The notes below the pieces were generated by a model that did no database searches, was not told the DNA's origin, and was given only the letters and a program-made list of their open reading frames with translations. A stretch of 64,000 nt of DNA from Halobacteriales archaeon QS_8_69_26 (GTDB taxonomy: Archaea > Halobacteriota > Halobacteria > Halobacteriales > SW-7-71-33): NCBI GenBank assembly GCA_003023195.1, contig PXRX01000003.1, positions 927 to 64,926 on the forward strand, in the 5' to 3' direction. This document shows positions 9,780-18,691 of the stretch, piece by piece. A program made the translations under genes and the position numbers. Numbering within the stretch: position 1 is the stretch's first letter; every line of letters starts with the position of its first letter.

Positions 9780-10334
9780 TCAAAGCGGGAACTCCCGGAC
9801 GGTCGAGTACTCCGGCCCCTCGGGGGTAAGTTCGCTCTCGGTCAGGCGGACGGCCTCGACGGTGGTCTCGCCGACGGTCGGGTCCTCCGTCCGGACCGTC
9901 TCCTGGACGAGGTCCTTGCCGCCGGCGTGGTCCATCCGGGCGAGCGTGACGTGGGGCGTGAACTCGTGGCCCTCGGGGTCGAACCCGACCGCGGTGGTCT
10001 CGGCCTCGATGCCCTCGTGGAGGTCGGTCAGTTCCTCGCCTCCTTCCTCGACGCCGAGCCAGACGACGCTGATGTAGTCCAGCGAGGGGAACACCCCGAG
10101 GCCGCCGTACCGGACCGTGAAGGGATCGACGCCGGCGCGGTCGACGCCGGCGGCGACAGCCTCCTCGACGTCTTCCAGTCGGTCGCGGTCGACCTCGCCG
10201 AGGAATTTCAGGGTGACGTGGGCCTGGCCTGGGTCGGTGAAGTTCAACCCGCTCGCCCCCCGGAACTCGTCCTGGACCGCCTCGACCGCGTCGGCCAGGC
10301 GGTCCGGCAGGTCGACGCCGACGAACAGTCGCAT
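9780..10334 (-). CDS. thpR: RNA 2',3'-cyclic phosphodiesterase (2H family)
   Basis: MRLFVGVD, HVTLKFLG and PHVTLAR motifs. Confidence 0.92.
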   Translation of the reverse strand: MRLFVGVDLPDRLADAVEAVQDEFRGASGLNFTDPGQAHVTLKFLGEVDRDRLEDVEEAVAAGVDRAGVDPFTVRYGGLGVFPSLDYISVVWLGVEEGGEELTDLHEGIEAETTAVGFDPEGHEFTPHVTLARMDHAGGKDLVQETVRTEDPTVGETTVEAVRLTESELTPEGPEYSTVREFPL

Positions 10335-10960
10335 ATCACGGTCTGGGGCGGCGATGCCCTTTTTCCTCCCGGTTCCGGCCGACGAAGTCGGGGATCGGCT
10401 CCCGATCGTCGTGGGCAGTCAGGGATCGGCACCACCCGTCGCGAGCGGCACGGGCTCCCCGCGCCCGATACGGGATCCACAGTGGTCACTGCGCCCGATA
10501 CGGGGTCGGTCGTGCCGCAACGGGCGAACCCCACCGTCACGCACCATCCGGATCACCCGTCGAAACGCCACCCTTGATAATCAAGCCACCTCCGAATATA
10601 AGTGTAATAATTGCCATTTCGGTCTAGGCATCTAGATAGAGAGCATAAGGGGTACCACTCCCTACTAAGATGTGGGGGAACCGGGCAGGAGCCTGCAGGG
10701 ACGTCCGGACCGGCGCCGATACCCCACGTACGGTCTGCGCCTCAGACCCCGGCGCCGGACTTGACCACCGGACCGCCCAGGTTCACCCCACGTGCCGCCG
10801 CCTTTCCTTTCGGTCCGACCGGCAGTCGCTGGACCGGACACCTCCGCGACGCTCACGGGACCGTCTCCGCCGGTAGAGCGCCCCGCCGGTAGAGTACCCT
10901 CGCCACCGCCGCGGACCGGCAGGACGCAGGCCTTAACCCCGTAGAGGCGAACCGATCGGT

Positions 10961-11698
10961 ATGAACGACGACGAGCGGGACCACCAGTTCTCCGAGGGGC
11001 AGGGGTACGACGATCCCTACGAGGGGTTCGACCTGGAACCCGAGTTCGACGTCGACCCGGACCAGGTCGACCCGGTCGACTCGCGGGTGCTGGCGGACCT
11101 GCTCGACGAGCGCCAGGTCGCCGCCGACGAGGTCGACGCCGAGGGACTGCTGGAGGTCGGTCTTGGCTACATGCGGATCAACCGGTTCGAACAGGCCACA
11201 GAGACCTTCGAGCGGGCGGCCCGCTTCGCGGAGGACGACCGGATCGAACAGGAAGCCTGGGTCAACAAGGGGGCGGCTCACGCCGAGCTAGAGGAGTACG
11301 ACGCCGCCATCGGGGCCTACCGCGAGGCGCTCCACGTCGACGAGGACGCGGAACACGCCGCGACCGCCCACACCAACCTCGCGTACGCCCTCTGGGAGTC
11401 AGGCCGCTCCGAGCAGGCCCTGGAGCACGCCGAGCGGGCGGTCGAGATAGACGAGCGGTTCGCACAGGGGTGGTACAACCGCGGGTTCTTCCTCCTGGAG
11501 CGCGGCCTCGCCGAGGAGGCGGTCAACTGCTTCGACAACGCCGTCCGCCTCGGGATGCGCACCGCGACGGTCCTGGAGGAGAAGGCCCGCGCCCTGGAGG
11601 AACTCGGCGAGTACGACGAGGCCGAGGACGTCGCCGAACAGGCCCGGGAACTCCGCGAGGAGGCAGAGGCCGAACTCGTCGACGAGCACGGGGGCTGA
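10961..11698 (+). CDS. tetratricopeptide repeat protein
   Basis: Multiple TPRs (AWVNKG, AHTNLA, GWYNRG). Confidence 0.88.
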   Translation: MNDDERDHQFSEGQGYDDPYEGFDLEPEFDVDPDQVDPVDSRVLADLLDERQVAADEVDAEGLLEVGLGYMRINRFEQATETFERAARFAEDDRIEQEAWVNKGAAHAELEEYDAAIGAYREALHVDEDAEHAATAHTNLAYALWESGRSEQALEHAERAVEIDERFAQGWYNRGFFLLERGLAEEAVNCFDNAVRLGMRTATVLEEKARALEELGEYDEAEDVAEQARELREEAEAELVDEHGG

Positions 11699-11699
11699 G

Positions 11700-12080
11700 A
11701 TGACCGGCGACCGCGACGACCCGGGCGGGTCGGACGGGGCCGACGGGGTGTCGACCCCCGCCGAGGGAACCGTCGACCGCGAGAACGGCCTGGTGGTCAA
11801 CGAGCGCCAGACGGAGAAGGGCCTGCTGGTGTCGGTCTGTGACGGCGACCTGATCGGCCGGACCTTCGAGGAGGGCGAGGTGTCCCTGACCGTCTCCGAG
11901 GAGTTCTACGGCGGCGAGACCCTGACCGACGAGGAGACCGTAGAGAGCCTCTCGCGGGCCTCGGTCGCCAACCTCGTCGGGGTCCGCGCCGTCGAACTGG
12001 CGGTCGAGGCCGGCTACGTCGAGGAGGCGAACGTCCTCGACGTGGGCGACACCCGCCACGCACAGTTCATGCGGCTCTGA
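11700..12080 (+). CDS. DUF424 family protein
   Basis: LVSVCD..LIG.TF, SEEFYGG, ANLVG.RAV. Confidence 0.85.
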   Translation: MTGDRDDPGGSDGADGVSTPAEGTVDRENGLVVNERQTEKGLLVSVCDGDLIGRTFEEGEVSLTVSEEFYGGETLTDEETVESLSRASVANLVGVRAVELAVEAGYVEEANVLDVGDTRHAQFMRL

Positions 12081-12274
12081 CCCGGCGCGGACCCGAAACG
12101 ATCCCCTGGGACCCGGACCGTCCTCCGGTCCCGTCGGCGGCGAGGAGGACTGCGAGAAACTGGTTCACGTTCACCTGCGCCGTCCCGGCGAGGGCTGACC
12201 GCTCGTGCCGGGGGTGACCGGTCGCGGTGCCCCACCGGAGGCGACCCGTTGCAGTTCCACACCCGGGTGCGGCC

Positions 12275-12455
12275 CCGTTCCACGGGAAACGATCCCTCGT
12301 GAGAAGACGGGGGGCCGGGGGGAAACCGGTTCCACGGGAAACGATCCCTCGTGAGAAGACGGGGTGTCGGGGGGAAACCGGTTCCACGGGAAACGATCCC
12401 TCGGGAGGAGTCGGGTGACTGGGAGGCCCGTTCCACGCGAACCGATCCCTCGTGA
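12275..12455. repeat. ~52-bp tandem repeat x4 containing GTTCCACGGGAAAC
   Basis: Cores start at 12277, 12329, 12381 and 12430 (last one degenerate). Confidence 0.85.
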
Positions 12456-12602
12456 AGGGGTGGCCGACCGGAGAAGCGGCCCCTCCGGAACCACGGAAGA
12501 AACCCATACCGATCCCCACCCTCGCGTTTCGTAACCACTTCCGGCTACGTTCGACTGCCAGGACCGAAGGAGTGTTGAACCCCGAAGCCCCATTGATCGC
12601 CA

Positions 12603-13853
12603 ATGGGAGTGCAGGACGCCGAACCGCTGGACGTAGAGCGGATCCGCGAGGACTTCCCGATACTCGACCGGGAAGTCGGGGAGGGGACCGACCTGGTCTA
12701 CCTCGACAACGGGGCGACCAGCCAGACGCCCGAGTCGGTCGTCGAGACGATGTCGGAGTACTACCGGACGTACAACGCCAACGTCCACCGGGGGATCCAC
12801 CGGCTCAGCCAGGAGGCCTCCATCGCCTACGAGGACGCACACGACCGGGTCGCCGAGTTCATCGGCGCCTCCGGGGGGCGCGAGGAGGTGGCGTTCACGA
12901 AGAACACCACCGAGTCGATGAACGTCGTCGCCTACGCCTGGGGCCTCTCGGAACTCGGCCCCGGCGACGAGGTGGTCCTCACCCAGATGGAACACCACGC
13001 CGCGCTGGTGACCTGGCAACAGATAGCCAAGAAGACCGGTGCCGAGGTGAAGTTCATCCGGGTCACCGACGACGGCTACCTCGACTTGGACCACGCCCGG
13101 GAACTGATCACCGACGACACCGAGATGGTCTCGGTCGTCCACGTCTCGAACACCCTCGGGACCGTGAACCCGGTGTCGGAACTGGCGGACCTGGCCCACG
13201 ACCACGACGCCCTCTTCTTCGTCGACGGGGCCCAGGCGGTCCCCAACCGCCCCGTCGACGTCGAGGCCATCGACGCCGACTTCTACGCGTTCTCCGGTCA
13301 CAAGATGTGCGGCCCCACCGGCGTCGGCGTCCTCTACGGGAAACGGCACCTCCTGGAGGAGATGGATCCCTACCTCTTCGGCGGGATGATGATAAAGAAG
13401 GTCACCTTCGAGGAGTCGAAGTGGAACGACCTCCCCTGGAAGTTCGAGGCCGGCACGCCCCCCATCGCGGAGGGCATCGGCCTCCACGCCGCCGTCGACT
13501 ACCTCGAGTCCATCGGCATGGACCGGATCCAGCGCCACGAGGAACGGATCGTGGAGTACGCCTACGACCGCCTGACCGACCACGACGACGTGACCGTCTT
13601 CGGCCCGCCCGGCGACGACCGGGTCGGCCTGGTGTCGTTCGACCTGGACGGCGTCCACCCCCACGACGTCTCCCAGATCCTCGACGAACACGGCGTCGCG
13701 GTCCGGGCCGGCGACCACTGCACCCAGCCCCTGCACGACGTGCTGGGGGTGTCCGCCACCACCCGCGCCTCCTTCTACCTCTACAACACCCGCGAGGAGG
13801 TCGACGCGCTGGTCGAGGCCGTCGACGCCGCGCGGGAACTGTTCGCCGTCTGA
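12603..13853 (+). CDS. sufS: cysteine desulfurase SufS
   Basis: YLDNGATSQ, NANVHRG, SGHKMCGP, RAGDHC. Confidence 0.95.
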   Translation: MGVQDAEPLDVERIREDFPILDREVGEGTDLVYLDNGATSQTPESVVETMSEYYRTYNANVHRGIHRLSQEASIAYEDAHDRVAEFIGASGGREEVAFTKNTTESMNVVAYAWGLSELGPGDEVVLTQMEHHAALVTWQQIAKKTGAEVKFIRVTDDGYLDLDHARELITDDTEMVSVVHVSNTLGTVNPVSELADLAHDHDALFFVDGAQAVPNRPVDVEAIDADFYAFSGHKMCGPTGVGVLYGKRHLLEEMDPYLFGGMMIKKVTFEESKWNDLPWKFEAGTPPIAEGIGLHAAVDYLESIGMDRIQRHEERIVEYAYDRLTDHDDVTVFGPPGDDRVGLVSFDLDGVHPHDVSQILDEHGVAVRAGDHCTQPLHDVLGVSATTRASFYLYNTREEVDALVEAVDAARELFAV

Positions 13854-13955
13854 TCCGGCGACCCCCCGGTTCGAACCGGTCGCGTACCGATCCGGGAACG
13901 CGGACCGACCGCGTGCGGAACCCTTTTGCGTGGATCGGTCCTACACGGTCCTACG

Positions 13956-14369
13956 ATGGTCGGCTCGGATATGTACAGACAGCAGATCCTCGACCACTAC
14001 CGCAACCCCCGCAACCACGGGGAACTCGAGGATCCCACGTTCTCCCACGTCGGGGAGAACCCGATGTGTGGCGACGAGATAACGATGGACGTCGAACTCG
14101 CCGAGGACGGCGAGACCATAGAGCGGGTGGCCTTCCGGGGCGAGGGGTGTGCGATCAGCCAGGCCGCCGCCTCGATGCTCTCCGAGCGCCTGCCCGGGAA
14201 GACCCTGTCCGAACTCCGGGAGATGGACCGCGACGACGTCCTGGACATGCTCGGGGTGGACATCTCCCCGATGCGGATCAAGTGCGCGGTGCTGGCCGAG
14301 AAGGTCGCCCAGGACGGGGCCGAGATCTACCTCGGCGAGAAGGACCTCGACCGGACCTCCACCGAGTAG
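13956..14369 (+). CDS. sufU: SufU/IscU-like Fe-S scaffold / sulfur-transfer protein
   Basis: YRQQILDHY.NPRN.G, NPMCGD, GCAIS, RIKCA. Confidence 0.88.
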   Translation: MVGSDMYRQQILDHYRNPRNHGELEDPTFSHVGENPMCGDEITMDVELAEDGETIERVAFRGEGCAISQAAASMLSERLPGKTLSELREMDRDDVLDMLGVDISPMRIKCAVLAEKVAQDGAEIYLGEKDLDRTSTE

Positions 14370-14506
14370 CGCCCGTCGCGCTCTTTTGGCCGCGACGACC
14401 CCGCTTCCGCCGTTCTCCTACCAGTCGCGTCGATCCCTTCTACTCCGTTCCTCACGCCCGGCCACCGGGGAGAGGCTTACCACCCCCGGGACCGTAGACC
14501 GGATCG

Positions 14507-15424
14507 ATGACGTTCCACCTCTCGGGGGACGCCGGGATCGGTCGCGTGGCCCTCCGGGTCGACGACGTCGAGGGGATGGCGGAGTTCTACGGGGAGGCGC
14601 TGGGCCTGGCCCGTCTGGGGACCGGCGACGGTGCGGCGGACGCCACGGACGGAAGCGACGACACCGGGCGACGCGGCGATACTCGGGGAAGCGACCGTAC
14701 GACCTGGCTGGGCACCGGCGACGGCGATCCGATCCTCGGACTGGTCGAGGCAGCGGATGCACCCGCCCGCGGGGAGCGCGAGGCCGGCCTGTTCCACGTC
14801 GCCGTCCGGGTGCCTACCCGCGAGGCCCTGGCGGAGGGCGTCGCCCGCCTGCGGGTGGCCGGGGTGCGACTGAGCGGGGCCTCGGACCACCTCGTGAGCG
14901 AGGCGGTCTACTGCTCGGACCCGGAGGGCAACGGCCTGGAACTCTACCGCGATCGGCCCCGCGAGGAGTGGGAGGCGACGGCCGACGGCGGGGTGCGGAT
15001 GGCGACCCTCCCGCTGGACCTGGAGGACCTGCTGGCCGGGGCCGGCGACCCGGGCGACCGGATCCACCCCGGCGCCGACGTCGGGCACGTCCACCTGGAG
15101 CCGACCGACCTGGACCGGTCGGTCGGGTTCTACCGGGACGACCTCGGGATGAACGTCCGGACCCGGATGGGCGAGGACGCCGCCTTCCTCGCCGCCGGCG
15201 ACTACCACCACCACGTCGGCCTCAACCGGTGGGACGACCGGTCGGATCCCGCCGGCGACACCCGGGGCCTCGCGTGGTTCGAACTCGCGGTCCCGCCCGG
15301 GGACCGCCGGTCGCTGGCGGACCGACTGGACGGGGGTGCGACCGGCGACAGCCTGGAACCGGATGGAGAGAGTTTCGAGGTCCGGGACCCGGACGGGATC
15401 CGGGTCCGGATCGTCCCCCGGTGA
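14507..15424 (+). CDS. VOC family protein (CatE-like catechol 2,3-dioxygenase)
   Basis: GLFHVA, DHLVSEAVY..DPEGNG.ELY, GHVHL, YHHHVGLN. Confidence 0.82.
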   Translation: MTFHLSGDAGIGRVALRVDDVEGMAEFYGEALGLARLGTGDGAADATDGSDDTGRRGDTRGSDRTTWLGTGDGDPILGLVEAADAPARGEREAGLFHVAVRVPTREALAEGVARLRVAGVRLSGASDHLVSEAVYCSDPEGNGLELYRDRPREEWEATADGGVRMATLPLDLEDLLAGAGDPGDRIHPGADVGHVHLEPTDLDRSVGFYRDDLGMNVRTRMGEDAAFLAAGDYHHHVGLNRWDDRSDPAGDTRGLAWFELAVPPGDRRSLADRLDGGATGDSLEPDGESFEVRDPDGIRVRIVPR

Positions 15425-15457
15425 CGGGGAGCCCGACAGTTCTACCGCGAACTCGAT

Positions 15458-15477
15458 CTACGGTAACGTTACTGTAA
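15458..15477. repeat. TTACNGTAA-NN-TTACNGTAA palindrome, copy 2
   Basis: CTACGGTAACGTTACTGTAA (1 mismatch). Confidence 0.8.
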
Positions 15478-15526
15478 ACCGATCCGCCGGCACACACCCC
15501 TGGACTCCCGGTCGGAGGGATGTCTC

Positions 15527-15651
15527 GGCGGACGGGCGGAGGGGCGGCCCGGTGGACGGGCGGAGGGGCGGCCCGGTGGACGGGCGGAGGGGCGGTCCGG
15601 CGGACGGGCGGAGGGGCGGTCCGGCGGACGGGCGGAGGGGCGGTCCGGCGG
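15527..15651. repeat. 24-bp G-rich tandem repeat x5
   Basis: ggyggacgggcggaggggcggycc. Confidence 0.9.
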
Positions 15652-15825
15652 GCAGTCGAACCCGGCGGCTACCGGGCGGCGACGGGGATCGATGGACGCG
15701 ACTGTCCCTCCGGTGGCGGGATCGTCCGGCGACGGGCGGGATCGGAGCGTCGGGGATCGTCCCTGGGGGCGGCGTCGATCGTGTGCGAGACAATCCCTAA
15801 GTCGCTGGAACCGCCAGATCGGGCC

Positions 15826-17253
15826 ATGGCAACGGAGGAAGACGCCTCGCCACCGGAGACCTGTGACGGTCCGGGGGCCGGGCCGGAGTACGAGATGTCC
15901 GACCGGGCCCGACGGATCGTCGAGGAGCAGGGTCGGTCGCTCCGCGAGGAGGGGATGCTCCCCTCGAAGGTGTTCAACGACGACGGGATCTTCGAGGCCG
16001 AACTGCGGCAGATCTTCGGCCGACACTGGGTGTTCGTCGGCCACGAGTCCGAGATTCCGGAACCGGGCGACTACGCCCAGCGCCGGATCGGGCGGGACCC
16101 GTTCATCTTCGTCCGCGGCGAGGACGGGGAGGTCCGGGTGCTGTTCGACTCCTGTTCCCACCACGGGAGCAAGCTCTGCCGGGCCGAACAGGGCAACACC
16201 TCCCACTTCCGGTGTCCGTACCACGGCTGGACGTTCAAGAACACGGGCGACCTGGCCGGCGTCCCCCTCAAGCACCAGGCGTTCAAGGGCCTCGATCCGG
16301 AGGAATGGGGCCTCCACGAGGCACCCCGGGTGACCAACTACAAGGGGATGGTGTTCGCGTGCCTGCGCGAGGACGCCCCCGACTTCGAGGAGTACCTCGG
16401 GGACTTCGCGTGGTACCTCGACATCCAGCTAGAGATCGGCAAGGGCGGCATGGAGGTGGTCGGCGAACCCAAGCGGTGGATCGCCGACAGCGACTGGAAG
16501 TCCGGCGCGGACAACTTCGCGGCGGACTCCTACCACACCGGCGTCACCCACCGCTCGGCGCTGGACGTCGGCTTCGGGGCCGAGGAGATTTCGGGGACGG
16601 CGGGCCAGGAGACCCACCGCCACGTCACCCACGTCGACGCGGGGTCGACCAGCCTCCGCCTGCTCCACCCCGACGACGAGATATACTACGGCTACCCAAA
16701 CGAGTTCGTCGACACCTCCTCGCTCTCGGAGGACCAGCGCCGCATGGCGGCGGCCTGTGGCGCAGAGACGGGGACCATATTCCCGAACCTCTCCTTTATC
16801 CACGTCGCCGCCACCGACGACCCCGACGACGACCTGGCGGGCTACCTCGCCTTCCGGCAGTGGCAACCCCTCGAAGCGGGCAAGATGCAGGCCTGGAGCT
16901 GGATCCTCGCGCCCGCCGACGCCTCCGACGAGTACAAGCAGCGAGCCCACGACGTGGGGATGGCCACCTTCGCCGGCCCCTCGGGCAACTTCGAGCAGGA
17001 CGACATGGCCGTCTGGGACGGCGTCTCGGAGGCCGCCGGCTCCGTCTACGCCGAGCGCCACGAGTTCAAGCTCAACTACCAGATGGGCCGGCCGGGCATG
17101 AGCGAGGCCGAGATCGACGAGGACTGGTACGGCCCGGGCCTGGGCTGGGACGACAACCTGGAGGAGGGCACCCTCCGGACGTTCCACGGCAACTGGAACA
17201 AGGCCATGTCCGGCGAGGAAGTGGGCATGAGCTACCCCGAGGACCACATCTGA
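15826..17253 (+). CDS. aromatic ring-hydroxylating oxygenase alpha subunit (Rieske)
   Basis: CSHHG...CPYHGW Rieske ligands; DNF..DSYHTGVTH and EQDD mononuclear Fe site. Confidence 0.92.
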   Translation: MATEEDASPPETCDGPGAGPEYEMSDRARRIVEEQGRSLREEGMLPSKVFNDDGIFEAELRQIFGRHWVFVGHESEIPEPGDYAQRRIGRDPFIFVRGEDGEVRVLFDSCSHHGSKLCRAEQGNTSHFRCPYHGWTFKNTGDLAGVPLKHQAFKGLDPEEWGLHEAPRVTNYKGMVFACLREDAPDFEEYLGDFAWYLDIQLEIGKGGMEVVGEPKRWIADSDWKSGADNFAADSYHTGVTHRSALDVGFGAEEISGTAGQETHRHVTHVDAGSTSLRLLHPDDEIYYGYPNEFVDTSSLSEDQRRMAAACGAETGTIFPNLSFIHVAATDDPDDDLAGYLAFRQWQPLEAGKMQAWSWILAPADASDEYKQRAHDVGMATFAGPSGNFEQDDMAVWDGVSEAAGSVYAERHEFKLNYQMGRPGMSEAEIDEDWYGPGLGWDDNLEEGTLRTFHGNWNKAMSGEEVGMSYPEDHI

Positions 17254-17313
17254 GCGCACCAGTCCGAACGACACCACCGATCCAGAACGAACAACGGACC
17301 ACCCAGATCCAGC

Positions 17314-17850
17314 ATGAGCAAACAGGAACCCGAAGACGCGACGGCCGGACGGAGCGACGTCGAACTCCAGCACGAGGTCGAGCAGTTCTACTACCGCGAG
17401 GCGGAGTTGCTGGACGACCGCGACCTGGAGGCGTGGCTCGACCTGCTGACCGAGGACGTCGAGTACGCGATGCCGACGCGGCTGATCAGAGAGAAGGCCG
17501 CCGAGCGATCGCCGTTCAGCGAGACGAGCTTCAACTACCACGAGGACCGCTCCACCCTGGAGTCCCGGGTCGACCGGTTCGGCTCGGAGTTCGCCTGGTC
17601 GGACGACCCGCCGGCCCGGACCCGCCACTACGTGACCAACGTCCGTGTCGGCGACCCCGACGGCGAGGAACTGCCCGTGAAGTCGAACCTCCTGCTGTTC
17701 TGGGCCCAGCGCGAGAACGACGACACCCTCGTCTCGTGCGAGCGCCACGACCGCCTCCGGCGGGTCGACGGCGACCTGAAGGTCGCCCGGCGGGAGGTCC
17801 GACTGGACCACAACGTCGTCCCGATGAAGAACATCTCGGTGTTCCTCTGA
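17314..17850 (+). CDS. aromatic ring-hydroxylating oxygenase beta subunit
   Basis: FYYREAELLDDR..EAWLDL, PPARTRH.VTNV, KNISVFL. Confidence 0.9.
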   Translation: MSKQEPEDATAGRSDVELQHEVEQFYYREAELLDDRDLEAWLDLLTEDVEYAMPTRLIREKAAERSPFSETSFNYHEDRSTLESRVDRFGSEFAWSDDPPARTRHYVTNVRVGDPDGEELPVKSNLLLFWAQRENDDTLVSCERHDRLRRVDGDLKVARREVRLDHNVVPMKNISVFL

Positions 17851-17852
17851 CC

Positions 17853-18329
17853 ATGACCGATCGCCGCACGCGGCCGGCGGGCGAACCCTTCAGGATCCGG
17901 GGGGACGGTCGGGTCGTCACCGTCCAGAAGGTGTTCACCCCCGCCGGCGAGCGCCTCGAACTGACCGCCGACCCGGGCGGCCACTCGGTCCGGCCGGACG
18001 CCATCGCCCTGGAGGCCGTCGCCTGGCAGGACCCCGAGGAGATGCGCAGGCGGGCGGCCGCCCTCGAACCCGCCACCGGGAGCCCCGACGAGTCCGGCGG
18101 CCCCGGGCGCGAGGAACCGATCACCGTCAGCAACGAGTTCGCCCAGGCCGCCGTCGAGCGGACCGACGACGGCGACGGGCCGGGGCTGACGGTGTCGGCC
18201 CCGAAGCTGGGCTACTCGATCCGACTCGACGCCCGCGAACTGGCCTGGCTGACCCGCCAGGACCACGAGACGTTCACCGAGTGGATGGAGACGCCCTTCG
18301 GCCCGGCGGGCGAGGAACACGAGCACTGA
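17853..18329 (+). CDS. oxygenase-associated hypothetical protein with internal duplication
   Basis: ATG 2 nt after the beta stop; two similar halves (..ERLEL..SVRPDAIALEAVAWQD / ..GLTVSAPKLGYSIRLDARELAWLTRQD). Confidence 0.75.
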   Translation: MTDRRTRPAGEPFRIRGDGRVVTVQKVFTPAGERLELTADPGGHSVRPDAIALEAVAWQDPEEMRRRAAALEPATGSPDESGGPGREEPITVSNEFAQAAVERTDDGDGPGLTVSAPKLGYSIRLDARELAWLTRQDHETFTEWMETPFGPAGEEHEH

Positions 18330-18423
18330 TCGGCCCGACGGACCGGTGGGGCGGGCCGACGGAGGAGCCGTCGGGCCGGACCGGGCAGGAGGATCATTAG
18401 CGCCGGGCCGCGATCCGGAGGTA

Positions 18424-18600
18424 GTGAGCCCCTCGACGGATTTCTTCGAGCACGCGCCGGACCCGGTCGTCGCCGTCGGCGTCGAGGACGGCGCGGCGGT
18501 GGTCCGGGCGGCCAACCCCGCGTTCGAGGAGACGTTCGGGCGGGACGCAGACCGGGCCGCGGGCCGACCGCCGGCCGAGGCCGTCCCGGTCGAGGACTGA
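18424..18600 (+). pseudogene. truncated PAS-domain fragment
   Basis: FFEHAPDPVVAV...VVRAANPAFEETFG..., stops after 58 aa. Confidence 0.5.
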
Positions 18601-18691
18601 CCCGCAGGCCCCCCGCGCGGCCGGGTCGGGGGGCGACGGTGGCCGCTTCCGCGGGCGTAAGCGTTAGCATCCCCGGGTCCGATCCGGGTCC

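Noticed and set aside
12275-12455. Possible mini-CRISPR (GTTCCA...CCCTCGTG...GAAG loosely resembles haloarchaeal repeats)
   Set aside because: The intervening segments are ~20 bp and nearly identical rather than unique spacers; no leader or cas genes.
15520-15825. N-terminal extension of the oxygenase alpha subunit (TGGGAARW repeats)
   Set aside because: This is translation of the non-coding minisatellite; ATG 15826 gives a normal-length subunit.
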